Assembly: GCA_964413775.1 (NCBI GenBank)
Contig: CAYPUO010000001.1
Span: forward strand, 1 to 43,776
Source: an uncultured archaeon
GTDB taxonomy: Archaea; Asgardarchaeota; Thorarchaeia; Thorarchaeales; Thorarchaeaceae
DNA: 43,776 nucleotides
Direction: 5' to 3'
The notes under the pieces are model-generated. The model was not told where the DNA came from. It made no database searches and saw only the letters and a program-made list of their open reading frames with translations. The position numbers and the translations under genes were made by a program. Positions 42,961 through 43,776 of the stretch are shown in pieces (position 1 is the stretch's first letter; each line of letters opens with the position of its first letter).

Positions 42961-42989
42961 ATTATACCACCTTTGGTTGCCGTTGTCAA
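42961..42989 (-). promoter_or_regulatory. consensus sigmaA-type early promoter
   Basis: Minus strand reads GGGGGG-TTGACA (42989..42984), a 17-nt spacer, then TGgTATAAT (-10 at 42966..42961). Confidence 0.75.
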
Positions 42990-43007
42990 CCCCCCAGAAC
43001 ACTGGAG

Positions 43008-43169
43008 TTAATCGTGTGAATGATAGTGGTCTGCCTTTTGCCTGAGGTCATGGCGTAAGGACTCAATACGACTCTCCAGTTCTTGGCGTGTAGTTCTGAT
43101 GTCATACTCCAAATCCTCCACCTTCCGCTTCAGGTCGTTGACTTGCCGTTCCAACTCGTAGTTCTCCAT
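43008..43169 (-). CDS. small coiled-coil protein (53 aa)
   Basis: The ATG at 43169 follows TAAGGAGG. Confidence 0.55.
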   Translation of the reverse strand: MENYELERQVNDLKRKVEDLEYDIRTTRQELESRIESLRHDLRQKADHYHSHD

Positions 43170-43179
43170 AGCTACCTCC

Positions 43180-43290
43180 TTATGACTTGATACAGATGTC
43201 GCAGATGGGCTTGCCCTGCTCATACACAACCGAAGTCCAAGGCACCCACTGCTTGCACTTGCTGCACTTCACATGACCCTTCTTACCCAT
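43180..43290 (-). CDS. small zinc-ribbon protein (36 aa)
   Basis: The ATG at 43290 follows AAGGTAGGTG. CSKC...CDIC. Not in the track. Confidence 0.45.
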   Translation of the reverse strand: MGKKGHVKCSKCKQWVPWTSVVYEQGKPICDICIKS

Positions 43291-43323
43291 GATTCACCTA
43301 CCTTAGTCAGTTCTGTTCAGCTA

Positions 43324-43335
43324 CCAGACGCCAGC
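43324..43335. repeat. 12-bp inverted repeat arm (CCAGACGCCAGC); partner GCTGGCGTCTGG at 43642..43653
   Basis: The two arms are exact reverse complements and bracket gene 43342..43584. Confidence 0.85.
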
Positions 43336-43341
43336 GTGGGG

Positions 43342-43584
43342 CTAACCTTCTGTGTCTGACTCGATTTGATACTGGTCAACTGGAGTAGCTTTACCATGCT
43401 TTAGAAGTATCCGCCCCAGTCGCTTGTGACCTGCTTCGTCTCTCCACCTGAGCCACCAGTCTGCGATAGCCTCGAGTGAAGGACGCCCATCCATAGTATT
43501 TATCTGCTCGATTAGCTCTTTGAACTCGACCTCCGCCAAGTCCGCAGCAGCATCATACTGCTCTTTCGTTCTGACCTCTGCCAT
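43342..43584 (-). CDS. hypothetical protein, first gene of the early arm
   Basis: SD GAAGGAGG. 80 aa. Confidence 0.65.
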   Translation of the reverse strand: MAEVRTKEQYDAAADLAEVEFKELIEQINTMDGRPSLEAIADWWLRWRDEAGHKRLGRILLKHGKATPVDQYQIESDTEG

Positions 43585-43609
43585 AGCATACCTCCTTCAT
43601 CTGTATTCT

Positions 43610-43624
43610 GTTGCCGTTGTCAAC
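43610..43624. repeat. 15-mer GTTGCCGTTGTCAAC, second exact copy at 42976..42990
   Basis: The copy at 42976 contains the -35 of the promoter at 42961..42989. This copy has a TTGACA but no usable -10. Confidence 0.85.
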
Positions 43625-43672
43625 TGCTCATGCTGAGATATGCTGGCGTCTGGACGTGGCTTACCAGATGCG

Positions 43673-43732
43673 CTGAACAAAGCTGAACTGTATTGAACAA
43701 AAGTAAAGCGGGGCTGCTCGTTAACTGAACAA
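43673..43732 (+). repeat. four same-orientation copies of [CT]TGAAC(AA)
   Basis: CTGAACAA at 43673, CTGAAC at 43683, TTGAACAA at 43693 and CTGAACAA at 43725. A related sequence, CAGTTCTGTTCAG, lies at 43308..43320. Confidence 0.8.
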
Positions 43733-43738
43733 CCCCGC
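43708..43738 (-). terminator. candidate rho-independent terminator for the left minus operon (read across the contig junction)
   Basis: GCGGGG (43708..43713) pairs with CCCCGC (43733..43738). On the minus strand the stem is followed by TTTACTTTTGTTC. The 19-nt loop is large, so this call is only moderate. Confidence 0.45.
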
Positions 43739-43762
43739 CGTACTGCCCCTGACTTCTGCCGT

Positions 43763-43776
43763 CCTGTCGCCTGATG
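43763..43776. repeat. 14-bp terminal direct repeat, copy 2
   Basis: Identical to 1..14. Confidence 0.9.

Noticed and set aside
43595-43623. The TTGACA at 43623..43618 (minus strand) as the promoter of the first early gene.
   Set aside because: The hexamer 17 nt downstream is ATGAAG and overlaps the SD of gene 43342..43584, so a transcript from here would lack the ribosome-binding site. It is kept only as a repeat or possible operator.

Overview
The window appears to be one complete tailed-phage genome of 43,776 bp. Its first 14 nt are identical to its last 14 nt, so the contig closes on itself.

Layout:
- Plus-strand arm (2933..25549): one long virion and packaging operon. It holds a small-terminase-like gene, TerL, two small zinc-ribbon ORFs, the portal, a 2026-aa ORF of unknown function, a SAM methyltransferase, a Cys-rich ORF, a LAGLIDADG homing endonuclease, the scaffold, the major capsid protein and about 15 tail or fibre-type ORFs.
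- Main minus-strand arm (43584 down to 25619): about 45 tightly packed early and replication genes, many joined by ATGA or TAATG overlaps.
  - Recognised replication and recombination functions: family A DNA polymerase, RepA/DnaB-like ATPase, Sak4-like ATPase, Cas4-like nuclease, RNase H and an ERCC4-like nuclease.
  - Recognised nucleotide and modification functions: MazG-like, HD and HIT hydrolases and an SPPY DNA methyltransferase.
  - Recognised mobile nucleases: a second LAGLIDADG gene and an HNH endonuclease.
  - The rest are many tiny zinc-ribbon ORFs.
- Short minus-strand arm (2781 down to 16): diverges from the late promoter. Its likely terminator lies across the contig junction.

Signals: promoters are near-consensus TTGACA-N17/18-TGnTAnAAT (extended -10) and Shine-Dalgarno sites are strong. 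This suggests, but does not prove, a Bacillota-type host.

Not recognised: integrase, repressor, tape measure, sheath, RNA polymerase, primase, endolysin, tRNA or CRISPR.

Most unusual observations:
1. The portal-adjacent 2026-aa ORF, which has an embedded GNAT-like segment.
2. The left minus operon, whose ORFs are chained through a -1 frame relation without a start codon, an in-frame TGA and a degenerate DUF955 domain.
3. Dense arrays of C[AT]GAACA[AT] motifs and palindromes flanking gene 16..552 across the junction.
4. A fibre gene split by a -1 frame change inside a conserved Ig/FN3-like domain.
5. An accessory insert (SAM methyltransferase, Cys-rich ORF, homing endonuclease with a copy of the late promoter) inside the structural operon.
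6. A MazG, PolA, HD and methyltransferase cluster that recalls Z-genome modules but lacks PurZ.

All functional calls rest on motifs read by eye. No database search was run.
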